Shown here: positions 1 through 13,450 of the stretch, piece by piece | Layout: the number at the start of each line of letters is the position of its first letter | Position numbering within the stretch: position 1 is the first letter of the stretch | Notes under the pieces: model-generated | What the model was told of the DNA's origin: nothing | Database searches by the model: none | The model's input: the letters and a program-made list of their open reading frames with translations, nothing else | NCBI RefSeq assembly: GCF_006345805.1 | Contig: NC_043000.1 | Span: 40,238,001 to 40,302,000, forward strand | Direction: 5' to 3' | DNA: 64,000 nt | From: Octopus sinensis | Lineage: Eukaryota | Translations under genes and position numbers: made by a program

Positions 1-250
1 CAATGGCTTCATTCCCGCCAGGCTTCCGAACCTGTTATCAAACAAGGATGGTATGAACAGAAGGTCAGGTTGTGCGTTGGTAGAATTTTAAAGGAGTCTG
101 GCATTTTGAGCTTTTCCCAGGTGGTCGTGCTATTAACGTTAACTTTTATGCTGAACAACTGCAGCAGTGAGAGTATGATGCATTGAAACCCCGCTACTCG
201 GCATTGGTCAGTCGAAGATGCGCACTCCTACAGCATGATGACAATACACC
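1..250 (+). mobile_element. Mariner transposase fragment (degenerate)
   Basis: Translates with frameshifts to KVRLCV..NFKGVWHFEL..GRAINVNFYAEQL..ALVSRRCALLQHDDN, the mariner catalytic-domain pattern (KVMLCVWW..HFELL..LLQxDNA). Confidence 0.75.
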
Positions 251-365
251 AGAGTATATATATATATATATACATACATGCATACACATACATGCATACA
301 TACAACATATACATACATACACACATACATACATACATGCGTACGTACATACATGTGTACATAAG

Positions 366-1375
366 TACGAAGGTCAGTTGAAAAGTTTATAGGTTGACCA
401 AAGTACTCTCATGAAATGCGATCAAGTAAGGTTAATTGTTCAACATAGTCCGCTTTGCGATCCACACACTTCTTCCAACAATGTTGCAGTGCTTGGATCT
501 CATTGGTGAAGAAGCTTTTCCTGTTGCTCAAAAAAAGTCATCATCAGCAAATATGACGCCATCATCACTGCGATACTTGTTCCCAGCCAAGGCTTTTCTT
601 GTTGGGGAACAGATGATAATTAGATGAGACCAAATCAAAAGAATAAAGAGGTTGATCAATCAGTTGAAAGCCATAGTCATGCACAGCGGTCATTGAAAGC
701 AAGGATTTGTGTGCTAGAACACTGCTGAAACTAGGCTCTTTTCGTCAGTTTTCCTGGGCGTTTTGGCCTTGATAGCCTTTCGTAACTGCCTCATAGTACT
801 CTTCATTGATGGTGTGTCTTTTTGATATAGTCAATAAACACAATGCCTTTTGCATTCCAAAAAACTGAGGCCATCACCCTTCCTGCAGTCAAACGACCTT
901 GGTCTTCTTTGGAGCAGGTGAGGAAGGGTGTTTCCACTGCATGGAATATGAATCAACACTCATTCTGGGTTACGCAACTTTCAAGGAAACCACCTGGATC
1001 TACCTCAACTAATGTCAAATTTTCCCGTGATGTGATCAGCCTGGTGCACTTTTGATTAGGCGTCACCAAGGTGATACTCACCAAGCTGAAACCTTCTTCA
1101 TGCCAAGTTCATTGTGCAGAATATTTTCAACTTTCTCATAGAATATCCTAAGAGCATTGGCTATTTGATTTATACTCAATCACCTGCTATCCATCAACTC
1201 GTGGTGAACACGATCAATATTTTCTTCAGTAGTGAGAGTTTCAGGACGTTCAAACCTTGGGTCATCTTCAAGTAAAGCCCTTTTTCTGCAGCTACTTGAT
1301 AACACATCGATGCCGAATTTTGTCGATTTTCAAGAAAAGTCGCCACTACTTACTTTTGAAGTCTTCTCTAAACAG
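366..1375 (-). mobile_element. Mariner element remnant (3' TIR plus decayed transposase)
   Basis: Starts TA+CGAAGGTCAGTTGAAAAGTTTATAGG (TIR similar to that at 51551). Minus strand gives the mariner C-terminus WKKCVDRKADYVEQ. Truncated at the (TA)n array. Confidence 0.75.
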
Positions 1376-1380
1376 ACAGA

Positions 1381-1520
<140 letters not shown>

Positions 1521-1921
1521 ATAGATGAGTGTATTTTCACCTTGTTAACAATTAACACGGAAAAATAAATACATAGTTACCAGGGCAGCAAAAATCTCAC
1601 AAGTAAAGGTGTTGTAACTCCTTGTTTATAAAGGTTGAAACTTCGTGTTTACGTTGAATATTTTGAATAATATGAATAAAAAATGGAGTTAACGCAATGC
1701 AATCTTTTCTTCGGGAAAGTGAAAAAAACGAAACTCGTCAATACGACATTTTAACAAAAAATGATGGATTTGTATAGCGATAGACAGAACGCTATTAATA
1801 TTGTTTAAAAAAACGTTATATGATATAACGTCATAAGTAGCTAACAGAAAGAGTAGGGATATTAATAGTGAATGTTAAATATAAAGGAAATTAAAGTTCA
1901 AATTATATATAATGATAGAGA

Positions 1922-4100
1922 CTACTTATATGCACTAAATGTATGTTTCTGCCAATGCTTACATCTGTATGCTCGTTCTATAACCGTGTTTACTAGAGTA
2001 TTTTTAGAAAAAATAATGAAAAATAGCTCAGAATTGCAGAGAAGACAGAATTTATTGCCTTTGTCATATGGTATCGAAATTGAGAGGATCAACCATTCTA
2101 AATGAAATTGTTCATTGTGGTCTTTTAAATCCCAAATCAGTTTGCTGAGACCGGTACTATTCCGTTTATTTCTATCCCTAAATGTTGAGTAATGGATAGA
2201 AATTATTTTAGATAACTCTAACGATGTGCTTCCAATGTAAAATCGTACTTTATTACGAGTACTGATTATACACTGGTATATAGAATTTTTAATCTTAGAG
2301 TTACTTGACATAAATTTAATTCTATTGGAATTGACTTCAGATACAATAACCTTGTTATTAATATTTCTAGTGGGTTGGATGGTATTAGCTAAATTAATGT
2401 TAGTATTAGTAAATGTATTAATATTTAACAGTTTGTTATTATGAGAGGATATAATTTGCAAGAGATTTTTTGTGTTTGAAAAACCTGTCCTAACCTTATG
2501 TGAATTAATTATAGAGTAATATCTAGAATTGTTTGGAAAATTCCTGGCAATAGCTTGACGAAACAGCAGTGGTAGATTAGATTTAATTTGTCTCCCGTAA
2601 GGAATTATTAACCAAATATTTTTACTAGTATTCATAGCGTAATTACTTTTGAAGGTGTTATACTTACTTTTAGATCGATAATAGGGGATTAAATAAGGGT
2701 TATCTGCCTTCATTCGCTTTGTATCGGTGCGTAAGTTATGTTTGTTATCAATAATTCTTTTACGACTAGAAATCTTATCTACATTATTGAATTTACAATT
2801 AGACTGAGCAGAATCAATGTAGAACATTTTTTTCTGTATAACCTGCTTTGATTAAGGCAGAGTTATAGAATTCAGCGTTATTATTGAAAATATCAACATT
2901 AGCAGATAATTTAGATAATCTAATGAAATATTCTTAACTAAATTCTTAGTAATTGCTCCAGGATGATTACTAAATTTGCTAATGTACTTAAGATTGGTCA
3001 ACGGTTTATGATATGGGAAGTAAGAGTCACTGTGTAAATTAAGCGTAATATCTAAAAAGTTGGCCTTCGTCAGATCGTCATCAAAAACGATTTTAAGCCC
3101 ATTCTACTGAAAAAATTAACTAAACTATTCTTAACCCTTTGTACCTTTTGGTTGGAAACATTTTGGAGGTAAAGTAAACAATCATCACGATATAGACCTC
3201 CATAAATGTTAGGGAACTCTTCAGCCATTTCAAAAAGAATATATATACAGACCAAATCAGCTATCTGTGCTGAATCAGAACTTCCCATTGGTATATCGAA
3301 ACTATCTGGTGTGTCTTTACGGACCCACAACTTATCATCAAATTTAATAATAGATCTTCTGGCTGCCAACACAACATTAATTTCTTCTCGGGTGAGACCA
3401 GCTTTGTTATGAGCAAGCCAAAGTGCCTTATTAAGTACTATCGGATTAATAGACGAATAAAAATTGGAAATATCAAACTGGGTAAACTTTGTACTCACCT
3501 TACTGTTAATAGACCTAAACAAGTCAACTACTTCAAATGAATTAGTCCATAAACTAAGTTTTAATGTTTTGATTAAATTAGGAATATATTTATCTAGTAT
3601 ATTTTTACTAAGGATACCGATGTCAGAGCTAGAAGGGCAGATGAGCCTTAATGATGGGTTAGTAAAAAAATTTGGTTTGTGATCCTTCAAAATGAACCGA
3701 GGTTGCTTATGAACAAGTGGTTCTGTCTTCATTTGTAGGTTATATTTCTCCATGATTTTCATAGCCTCAATGTTGGCTTTCTTAAGTATTCTTTTATCAG
3801 CAATTTTATACTTTTTCTGAATTTCTTTTTTAAGTAATTCCAAATAATAGTCTTTATAAAGTTTGTACAGATTTCCAGTCTTATCAGATTGAACCAACAT
3901 AGTATCCATAGAATTGATTTCTTTGGTGATGTTGCGAAGATACCTCAGATGTTTATTTCTTAGTGGTGATCGTTGAAATTTTACATTTCTCACAATGGAC
4001 CAGAGATCATCTTCAAATTGCTTCAACCTTGGGTTAGGCGGCGGACTATTTTTAGATTTAGATAACTTGTTGAACTCAGATGTTTTATCATTAGTGTGTT
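1922..4100 (-). pseudogene. PLE RT + GIY-YIG endonuclease ORF with three 1-bp frameshifts
   Basis: ORFs 3070-4149 (RT) and 1922-2827 (SIY...FYIGSTS...STGLSKLIW...CLLC...RCKH) are joined by NFLDITLNL..PYHKP..SNHP..AGY. Shifts occur near 3093, 2921 and 2830, with no in-frame stops once corrected. Confidence 0.88.
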
Positions 4101-4298
4101 GTTCTGAGCTATTTTCATTATTTTTTTCTAAAAATACTCTAGTAAACACGGTTATAGAACGAGCATACAGATGTAAGCATTGGCAGAAACATACATTTAG
4201 TGCATATAAGTAGTCTCTATCATTATATATAATTTAAACTTTAAACATAATATATAATTTTTTGTTAAAATGTCGTATTGACGAGTTTCGTCTTTTTC

Positions 4299-4384
4299 AC
4301 TTTCCCGAAGAGAAGATTGCATTGTTTATACCATTTATTCTTTTGAATAGTATCAGTGGAATTTTCGAAACATGTGTAGAAAGT
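4299..4384 (+). ncRNA. Type I hammerhead ribozyme-like motif (variant core CCGAAGA, long stem II) in the PLE inverted terminal repeat
   Basis: Stem I ACTTTC/GAAAGT; core CCGAAGA; stem II GAAGATT/AATTTTC extended by CATTG/CAGTG and a TATTC-TTTT-GAATA hairpin; GAAA; quasi-palindromic CATGTG; UA cleavage site. Confidence 0.7.
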
Positions 4385-4423
4385 AAAAATACTTGTTTAA
4401 ACCTGCGTTAACTCCATTTTTTA

Positions 4424-4477
<54 letters not shown>

Positions 4478-4888
4478 ATATATATATAGATAGATAGATT
4501 GATTGATTCATTCATACATATATACCACTAGTAACACACAACTATACCTATCATAAAACCAAAAACTAAAGACATTCTGGCTGCAAACTTGATGAATATG
4601 TAAAATAATAAATAAATAAGTAAATAGATAAGGAAAGAAACAAACAACCCCTCATAAAATAGAACTGAGCCTGTAGTATACCTAATCACAAATTAATAGT
4701 AAGTATATATTACAGTAACACAGAACTAAAGCATCTTATTAACGTGAAAACACACAGTAGCAAACACCAGAACGCACTTCAGACAACCAATGTAATATGT
4801 AAATTTCATTGCACACACAAAAGTTGCAAACATCATAATTAAAAGCTGTTTCAACAGACAATACGTGAACGACACTAATACATCAGCT

Positions 4889-4989
4889 GGATTTACGACG
4901 TTATAATTATTATTATTGCTTCCGGGATTTACGACGTTATTATTATTATTATTGCTTCCGGGATTTACGACGTTATAATTATTATTGCT
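4889..4989. repeat. Minisatellite, about 3 x 36 bp (GGATTTACGACGTTAT(TAT)nTGCTTCCG)
   Basis: Units start at 4889, 4925 and 4961. Confidence 0.9.
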
Positions 4990-5462
4990 ACCGCTATTTG
5001 TAGTGCGTAACCAATTTGTTATCACAAATTAGAAATTATAAAAACTGTAATTCTAACAATGTCCGTTGAGCTGTACGTTTGTTGCCCATGTGCAGCAATC
5101 TCAGCTAATAAAATAGTTATATGTACCCTGCTGTATGTATCGAGTTCCCTTTTTCCCATTTATAAAACCAAACCTAAACACACGCACATACACACACGCA
5201 TATTCCTACATGCATGCGCCCACATACACATATACACATTCACATATACATACCTGAAAGTAGATCTGTACTCTAATACACTTATGCCAGATCTAGGAGC
5301 TATCAAGTTTTGTTGTGTCTCCAAGATATTACGACGAAGAAACGAGAGACAAAACCAATAAAGATGGTATAAAAACACTGGCTCTCATTTCTTTCATTAA
5401 ACAATGTAATAAAACCACCGAATACCTAATTGACAGTGTATGTGTATGTGTGTGTGTGTGTG

Positions 5463-5499
<37 letters not shown>

Positions 5500-6348
5500 G
5501 TGTGTGTGTAGGGAGAGAGACCGTCAGACAGACAGACGCACAAATATCTGATATTCTAGTTTTATACTTTTATCAACATTTCTCCAATTTTCCTTCCATT
5601 CTATAGACATTACCTTTGTTGTTATTGTTCTTATGATGATCGTAGGTGTTGTGATAGCGGGGGTAGATAAGGAAGTAATGGCTAATAGTTGTAGTTCTGT
5701 ATGTAAATTGGTAAATATTTCTGTGTGTATATGTGTGTGCGTGTCCCTTTCTATTTTTTTATCCTTTGAACTCTTTCTATATAGAAAGTGTTGATTTTTA
5801 AGAAAGAAAGTAGTTTAGTTGGAATGTTGATAGCAGTAAGATAAAAATGTTATTGCTATTTAACCCTTTTTTTATTTTAAAAAACCAAAAAGAATTAAGA
5901 AAAGCACATATACATACATCAATACATACGTACATCACCATCGGATCTCCCATGTTTCCGAGTATTTCTTTCTTAGGTGAAGAAAAGCCAGTGTTGTGGT
6001 TTCTATTAGGGTGGCTCCTGACTTGGAAGGAAGTAACCCATGCACTGTGACCTCGAAGACATCCTCTGCGACGCGTGAAATATGACGTGCAGGACGAGGC
6101 AAAGAAATTTCCACGGACTGCTGTCAGACCAGCTTTTGCTAGAGCTGCACTTTCATAACCAGTCAATTTTTCGCCATTTCAACTGTTAAGGTCATAGATC
6201 ATAACTCATTTGCTCTGCTGTTGGGGACTGCGCTATTTTATTCGAGGCGTGCTCACACATATTAGTGAGAACAGGATACCTTGTGAAGGTTTTAGTTGGA
6301 ATGGTTGTGCTATTAAATCAGAGGTTCAGGTCGCCCCACAGACACACG

Positions 6349-6349
<1 letters not shown>

Positions 6350-6415
<66 letters not shown>

Positions 6416-6491
6416 GTCTGTCTGTCTGCCTGCCTGCCTGCCTGCCTGTCTGTCTGTCTGTCTGTCCGTCCGTCCGTCCGTTCGTCCGTCC

Positions 6492-6539
<48 letters not shown>

Positions 6540-6540
6540 G
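6350..6540. repeat. Compound tetranucleotide microsatellite (TATC/TGTC/TGCC/CGTC)
   Basis: Direct observation. Confidence 0.95.
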
Positions 6541-6560
6541 GACACACACACATTTATATA

Positions 6561-6948
6561 TTTTACTTCTTTCAGTCATTAGACTGAGGCCATGCTAGAG
6601 TACCACCTTGTAAAATTTTTAGCCGAATGTATCGAGCCTAGAACTTATTTTTCAAAGCCTGGTACTTATTCTATCGGACTCTGTTGCCAGACCGCCAAGT
6701 TATGAGGGCGTAAATACACCAACACCGGTTGTTTGCCAAGCGGTGGTGAGGAGACAAGCCCGCCCACGCAGACACACATATATACGATAGGTTCCTTTCA
6801 TTTCCATCAATCAAATCCACTCACAAGGTTTTGGTCGGCTCGAGGCTCGAGTAAAAGACACTTGCCTAAGGTGCCCCTCAGTGGGACTGAACCCGGAACC
6901 ATGTAGTTGGAAAGCAAGCGTTTTACCACATAGCCACGCCTACGCCTA
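6561..6948 (-). mobile_element. tRNA-derived SINE, family A (octopus-type)
   Basis: Minus strand starts GGCGTGGCTATGTGGTAA (A box)...GGTTCAGTCCC (B box)...CACCTTAGGCAAGTGTC. Many copies in the window. Confidence 0.85.
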
Positions 6949-7104
6949 TATATATATAATTATATATATATATATAATTTTTATTTTAAAAAAAGGAGTT
7001 CAAAGGTATTGAAATACAAAAATAACAACAATAAAATAGCAATAACTGCCCCAACAACAAAAACATATAATTATCCTCAGTAATGACGACGCTACCACCA
7101 ATCA

Positions 7105-7400
7105 CCACCAACACTACCGTCAGATGAAGGAAGTTACTTCATGGTTACTCCACATGTCAAAATAGCAGCCAAAACACCTTCAAATTGAATCCTAACGCCT
7201 TAGCAGAAGGACATGCTGGATAATGTCTCTTGGTTACTTCCTTATATGAAAATCATAGGAAAGTAAGGTTGAAATACTTTAAAGCATAAGTGTATCTATT
7301 AGGCTAACTCGGAGCTAAACTGCAACGCCACCACCACCACCACCAACAACAACAACAGTAGCAACAGCAACAACAACAACAAAAGCAACAGCAAGTACAA
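7105..7400 (+). mobile_element. Old SINE-like 3' fragment with (CAA)n tail
   Basis: AAATAGCAGCCAAA..CAAAT segment resembles reverse-oriented pieces near 34470 and 57590; ends GGAGCTAAAC plus CAA repeats. Confidence 0.4.
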
Positions 7401-7423
7401 CATCAACGACAGTATTAATGATA

Positions 7424-8695
7424 TGAGTGTGAGTCAAAAATTAATGCATTATTTTTTTAAAATAAGGAACGCAAATATAGTGCACATCAAAAAGTAGCTA
7501 TATATCACAGGTTAACGTCCCTATTTTCCAACATATCCATCACTTCTTTCAATTATAGTGTTCCACCTGTGAATGAGGGCTTGTCTCAGCTTCATAAAAC
7601 TGCTACTGACCTAACAAATTCCTTACAGCAGATTTTACTTCTTAATTATGTTTTCCTCTTTGTATTTCATTCATTGGACAAAAGAGATGGAAATCTAAAG
7701 GTTCGAAGTCAAGTTAGTAATGAAAATGCGGTAGAGTTGTCCACCTGAAAGAGGTGATTGCCTCCCTTGTTCAGAGGCTTGAGTGAGGCCTGACATTGTT
7801 GTGTTGAAGAACTTCATTAATTTCCAAATTTGGCCTTACTCAGCAGATTCTTGATCTAAGACTTTTAAGGGTCTCAATATATGCTTCAGAGTTGACTATT
7901 TCTCTTCTTTGAAGAAATCAATAAGAATAACACCTTGAGCACACCAGATGACAGTCTCTGTTTTTTTTTCAGTTGACTTTCTACTTGGAGCTTTTTAGTC
8001 TTTGTAGACGTCGGATGACGCCATTTCATTGATTGTATTATTTTTATATTCTGGTTCATGATGAATAATCCAAGTTTCATCACCGGCTATGGACCTTTGA
8101 AAGAAAATTTTCTCTCTCACTGAATTCAAAGAGTTCAGTACAGCAGTTAACTCTTTCAGTCATGCGCTTATCTGTCAGTTGTTTTGGTACCCAACTGACA
8201 CACACTTGAGAATATCTATGATACTCAATAATGTAATGAGTACTACCATGGCTAACTCCAACCTCTAATGCCAATTCAGCTCTAATAAAAGCATCTGCTT
8301 TTTACCTCTTGGCAAAGTTGTGTCAGTTGATGGGTGGCTTCTACGAAGCATGTCTGCTAAGCTTGGATTTCACCAATTCTTTTTGCTCTGTTGAATTCTC
8401 ATTCAGACAGCAGGCCTATCTCCACACGTTGCTGTAGTCTAAAGTTTTATCTTTGTAAGCATTTTTCAGTCTTTTGTGAATGTTTACTAGATTTTTCTCC
8501 TTCGGCATCAAGGAACTCAATTACGGACTTGAAGTAGGAAAACCATTTTGATATTAGCTCATGTATTCATAATTCTAAAAGAAAAAAATAACAACTAGAT
8601 AATTAACTATCTGTGCCTTTACCAAATACCAAAAGATTTCATTGAAAAATGCGCCGCTAATGATAAAAGTTGTATTAGATTTTGACTCGTCTTCG
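7424..8695 (-). mobile_element. Full-length degenerate mariner element (about 1.27 kb)
   Basis: Imperfect TIRs TA|TGAGTGTGAGTCAAAA and TTTTGACTCGTCTTCG|TA; motifs GVSHGST, VCVSWVPKQLT, GDETW, QSMKWRH. Confidence 0.88.
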
Positions 8696-9148
8696 TATAC
8701 AATGGCTTATCTTTTTGAAAAACTGAAACGTTTAATGGGTTTTATTGTATTATTTTGACAGATGTGGCTATTGTTGCTCTTCTTTTCTCTTATATTCCAT
8801 ATATTGCAGAGTTGTGTTATCTTATAGATAATACCACCAAATAAAATCTGTACAATTTATTAATTCTTTACGCCTTAACCCATTAAAAAAAATACGTGTA
8901 CTTACATAATCAGTAATGAAGATAACTGTGTGTATGTATGTATGTATGTATGTATGTATGTATGTATGTATGTACGTAACGTACGTATGTGTGTATGTAT
9001 GTATGTATGTATGTATGAATCAATGAATGTATGCACGTATGTATTGATTTTTGTATATATGTATGAATTTCATGTATATAACATTTCTATTACACGCGCG
9101 CTATCTACACACACATGTATATATATAGACATAGAGATAGATAAATAA

Positions 9149-9229
<81 letters not shown>

Positions 9230-9919
9230 GGCAGTTTCTGTTCAGTTATCAGCCTCAGTGTCTGATATTGTATGTGTGTTTGTGTGTGTCTGTGTGTGTG
9301 TGTGTGTATGGTTGTGTATGAGTGTGCGTGTGTGCTCGCTCGCGCGTGAATATCCATGTTTACAGGGCTGTGTGTGCTGTATGTCGGAATGAATAGATGT
9401 ATGTGTATTAAGCTTTTGCTATTGACTCTGTATGCAGAAACTTTCAGGAACGTTATTGTCAAACTTCTATATCTTAGATATGTCATACGCATCCATTAAC
9501 ACGTCGCATCAACCTTACACACAAATGGACACGCACTCATATAGTGACATGACTCTCACACACATACATAAATACATACACACATATACATATATAAGAT
9601 CATTTATATACTTATATATATGTATATATATTTATACAAACATGCATGTATATATATCTCTATAGATGCATACATAATACATACATACACAATTACATAC
9701 CACACACACGCATACACACATACATATGCATACGTACACATACAATCACACACAAACACATAGTATATGTATATATATGTATATATATATAAATATATAT
9801 ATACATATATGCATATATATATATATATATCAGTTCATAGCAATTGTTTATTTTTTTGGCATTCTAATTTCTCATATATATATATTATATATATATATAA
9901 TATATAGATATATATATAT

Positions 9920-9967
<48 letters not shown>

Positions 9968-9968
9968 A

Positions 9969-10004
<36 letters not shown>

Positions 10005-10677
10005 TATACATAAACATTTATGAATGTGTGTATATATATATGTGTGTTTTTGCGCATGCGTGCGCTCGCCCGCACTCATTCACGCAAATAGCCATTCTAA
10101 TAATTGATCAGAATCAATCCTCTTCTCCATATCTCATTCTATCTATCACTCTTGCAATGTTGCTATCATTGTTGACATCGTTGCTGTTGCTTTTGTTTTC
10201 TTCTACTGCTGTGATTGTTTATTTCATTGTATTTCATCTTTTGTTACTAATATACTTTAGGTGAAACACCATACCACTTGTGTGAACAATCATTCCCGCT
10301 ATGCCGCTTTCTGCACCATCTACAAACCCATCAACATCAAAGGCATGTAAATCAAATGTAGTTTGTAAATAAATATATGATGTTATATTAATACATGAAT
10401 GTGTGTATGTATGTATGTGTATATGTGTGTATGTATGTATGCATGTGTATATGTATGAATGTATATGTGTGTGTATGTATGTATGAATGTATATGTGTGT
10501 ATGTATGTATGTATGTATGAATTCATCTGAGTGTATGTATGCATTAATGTATGTATGTATACGTGTGGTGTGTGCACTTATGATTGTATATGTATGCATA
10601 TAATGTATCTACAAATATTACATGTGAACATCCATAAATATTTGCATATGAATGCCTTCAGAGGATGTATGCACATA

Positions 10678-10743
<66 letters not shown>

Positions 10744-10759
10744 AGAGAGAGATCTTCCT

Positions 10760-10809
<50 letters not shown>

Positions 10810-11008
10810 CATACATACGTACATACATAAGAGATACGTGTATATATATGTTTGTGTATGTGTGTGTGTGCACGTGTGAGTGTATATACATGTACACGCA
10901 AGCAGACACATACATATATACGTACATAATTAATTACACTCAAATACATACACACGAACACGCATACACAACCGCGCGCACACACATAAATAAATACACA
11001 ATTAAATA

Positions 11009-11061
<53 letters not shown>

Positions 11062-11389
11062 TATATATACACACATCCATTTATATATATATGTATACAC
11101 ACACGCACTCACACGCGCAGACACGCACACACACATATACGAGTTGCGCCTCTGCATCAGCCTCGATATGCTCTTGTATACAAGTTATTCTTTGTGCCGT
11201 AAATAATGAAAGATTTATACGAGTGATAACACACACTGTGGGAACAGTTTTAATTTGATGATATGTGGATAGTTTTAGTTTCATGATGTTTATAGCAATC
11301 CATACTAACTCGATGTATTATTTCTCTTCTGTTCTCATCCCGCTGTCTTGATTTATCTACATTATTTTTTATTAGGTGTAGGCGTTTCA

Positions 11390-11481
<92 letters not shown>

Positions 11482-12289
11482 TATATATATATATGGACTC
11501 GTAAAACTCATATTCAACCCTTGAATTCCTGATATCATTCCTATGCTATGTAAGTCGGATCTTTTTACATATAAACATATGTACATGTTTCGTATTAAAT
11601 GCATTTACTACTTATTGTATATCGACTTGCCTAACTTGCTTATTCTTACATTTACTCCTATATATATATACTGCCGTTGAAGTAAAGCTACAGTTATTTA
11701 TTTATTGGAATAAATGCATTGCAATATTAAAGAAAATATGTGTTTTATGCAAAGCAATTAGCAGGAGAACACCATGAAAATGAAAAGAAAGTGAGGTTTA
11801 ATGCGATAATACAACATCATTTCTCTAAATGGAAGAGAGATTTTAAAATAGAAGCAATCTAGATATTCTTTCTTATGTCATACCAAAAATTATATGCAGA
11901 ATATATTGGCTTGCCTTTATCTGTATATCGGCAAACGTTGTAAGAGCATTGTACTGTTCAAATATAATGTAGTATGGAAAACGGCGAAATACAAAAACAA
12001 TTTAAATATCAGGACTGCAATATTTTCGATTATGAATTTATACACACACACAGACATGTATGTATGTGTATGCATTTATACATACACACATACATACATA
12101 CATACATACATACATACATACATCATACATACATACATACATACATACATACATACATACATACGTACACCCATATATATCCTAAAGTCAAACCAAATAT
12201 TGATATTTTGAATCCATTTAGTAGACGTGTTTCAGATATTTATGCAACAGGGACAAAAATTAATTTCTTACACAACATCTTCACTTAAA

Positions 12290-12880
12290 CCATTTCAAAA
12301 TATAAATAGTACAGGTAGAATTTGCCCTTTAAATAAAGAGTGAGTTCTAGCTGACGTCAACTCAACATATTGTGCGGTTTTGAAATACGAACAAGTCATC
12401 ATCAGGAGATCAAATACCTGGAGCATTTCCATCGGCAAGGACTATACCGTCAGCATATAATGAACCGTGTTACGATGGTTAGGACATGTGAGTGAAGTGA
12501 CAGAAGATATATTTTCTCGTCAAATACTCTTTGTCGAAGTAACCACCGAGAAAAGACCGAGTAGTTTCTTTTCCGTCGTTACATAAACCAGCTAATACCA
12601 ATCTTCAAAATGGTTGGAATTAAAGCAAAAGCGTGGTTAAATGAGTACCATAAGCGCTCCAACTGGCGTCACTCCATTACCAACGAAAATGACTCTTTTG
12701 AAGCCAAAAGTAAAACAAAGACGTAAAAAACACAAGACGCAACAACTGCGCCCTCTATCATATCTTCCTTGCCATCTTTGTTCCCGCCTATTTTACGAGA
12801 GGAATGGCCTTCTCAATCGTCAACGCCATCAACACAAGGATCACTCAGTCACGAGGAAATTAAAATTCTCAGATACAAGA
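12290..12880 (+). mobile_element. RTE-clade LINE 3' fragment
   Basis: LRWLGHV..RQILF..KRP..RSNWR and a terminal zinc finger PCHLCSRLFYERNGLLNRQRH. Confidence 0.7.
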
Positions 12881-12996
12881 AATAACATGTGTGTGTGTGG
12901 TGAATACATAGACTATTGAGTAACAATAGTTTTACTGTGCTTGAGTCGCACAAATTTTTATAGCGCTTAAAAATCTATGATACTAATAAGCAGAAC

Positions 12997-13146
12997 CAAC
13001 TGTGTGGTTAAGCAGTTCGCTTCGTAAGCGTGAGTTTAGCGTCCCTCCCGCAGCATTGTATTTTTGGCAAGTATCATCCACTATAGCTCCAGATCGACCA
13101 ATAACATGAGTAGAATCTCAAAGAAGAAATCTGCGGAAGCCAATGG

Positions 13147-13227
<81 letters not shown>

Positions 13228-13450
13228 GTCTATCTGTCTATCTGTCTGTCTGTCTGTCCAACACAGGTCGTCAAGCAGTGGAGGGAGGACAAAGATTCAC
13301 ACAAAGACAAACACACATGTACGTCGGGTGACCAGCGTAGTTTCTTTCTACCAAATTCACTCTCAAAGCATTGGTCAACCTAAAGCCAGTGGATCTGAAC
13401 CCGAAACCACATGTTTGTAAAGTAAGCTTCTTAACCACATAGCCATGTCT
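12997..13450. mobile_element. Two diverged family-A SINE heads in opposite orientation around a (TATC)n
   Basis: TGTGTGGTTAAG..GGCAAGT..ACTATAGC on +; TTAACCACATAGCC/GAACCCGAAACCACATG on -. Confidence 0.55.

Larger units (their letters stand above)
1521..4428 (-). mobile_element. Penelope-like retroelement, 5'-truncated, with an inverted copy of its 3' end at the 5' side
   Basis: RT motifs SDKTGNLY, LKDHKPNF..RLICP, FDISNFYSSI, PMGSSDS, GLYRDD; C-terminal GIY-YIG. 4101-4428 is the reverse complement (with indels) of about 1668-2032. (TA)n on both flanks. Confidence 0.93.

Noticed and set aside
4101-4149. Start codon and N-terminus of the PLE ORF (MFTRVFLEK...)
   Set aside because: Derived from the antisense of the inverted 3' copy, not the real N-terminus
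4889-4989. CRISPR-like or Asn-rich coding repeat (NNNNVVNPGS)
   Set aside because: No spacers; the frame has an upstream stop and no convincing splice or start context
5798-6166. 122-aa ORF in GC-richer island
   Set aside because: No recognisable domain; more likely an unclassified repeat or UTR fragment
11570-11600. Hammerhead half (minus strand CGAAACATGTA)
   Set aside because: 5' core and stem I partner are absent
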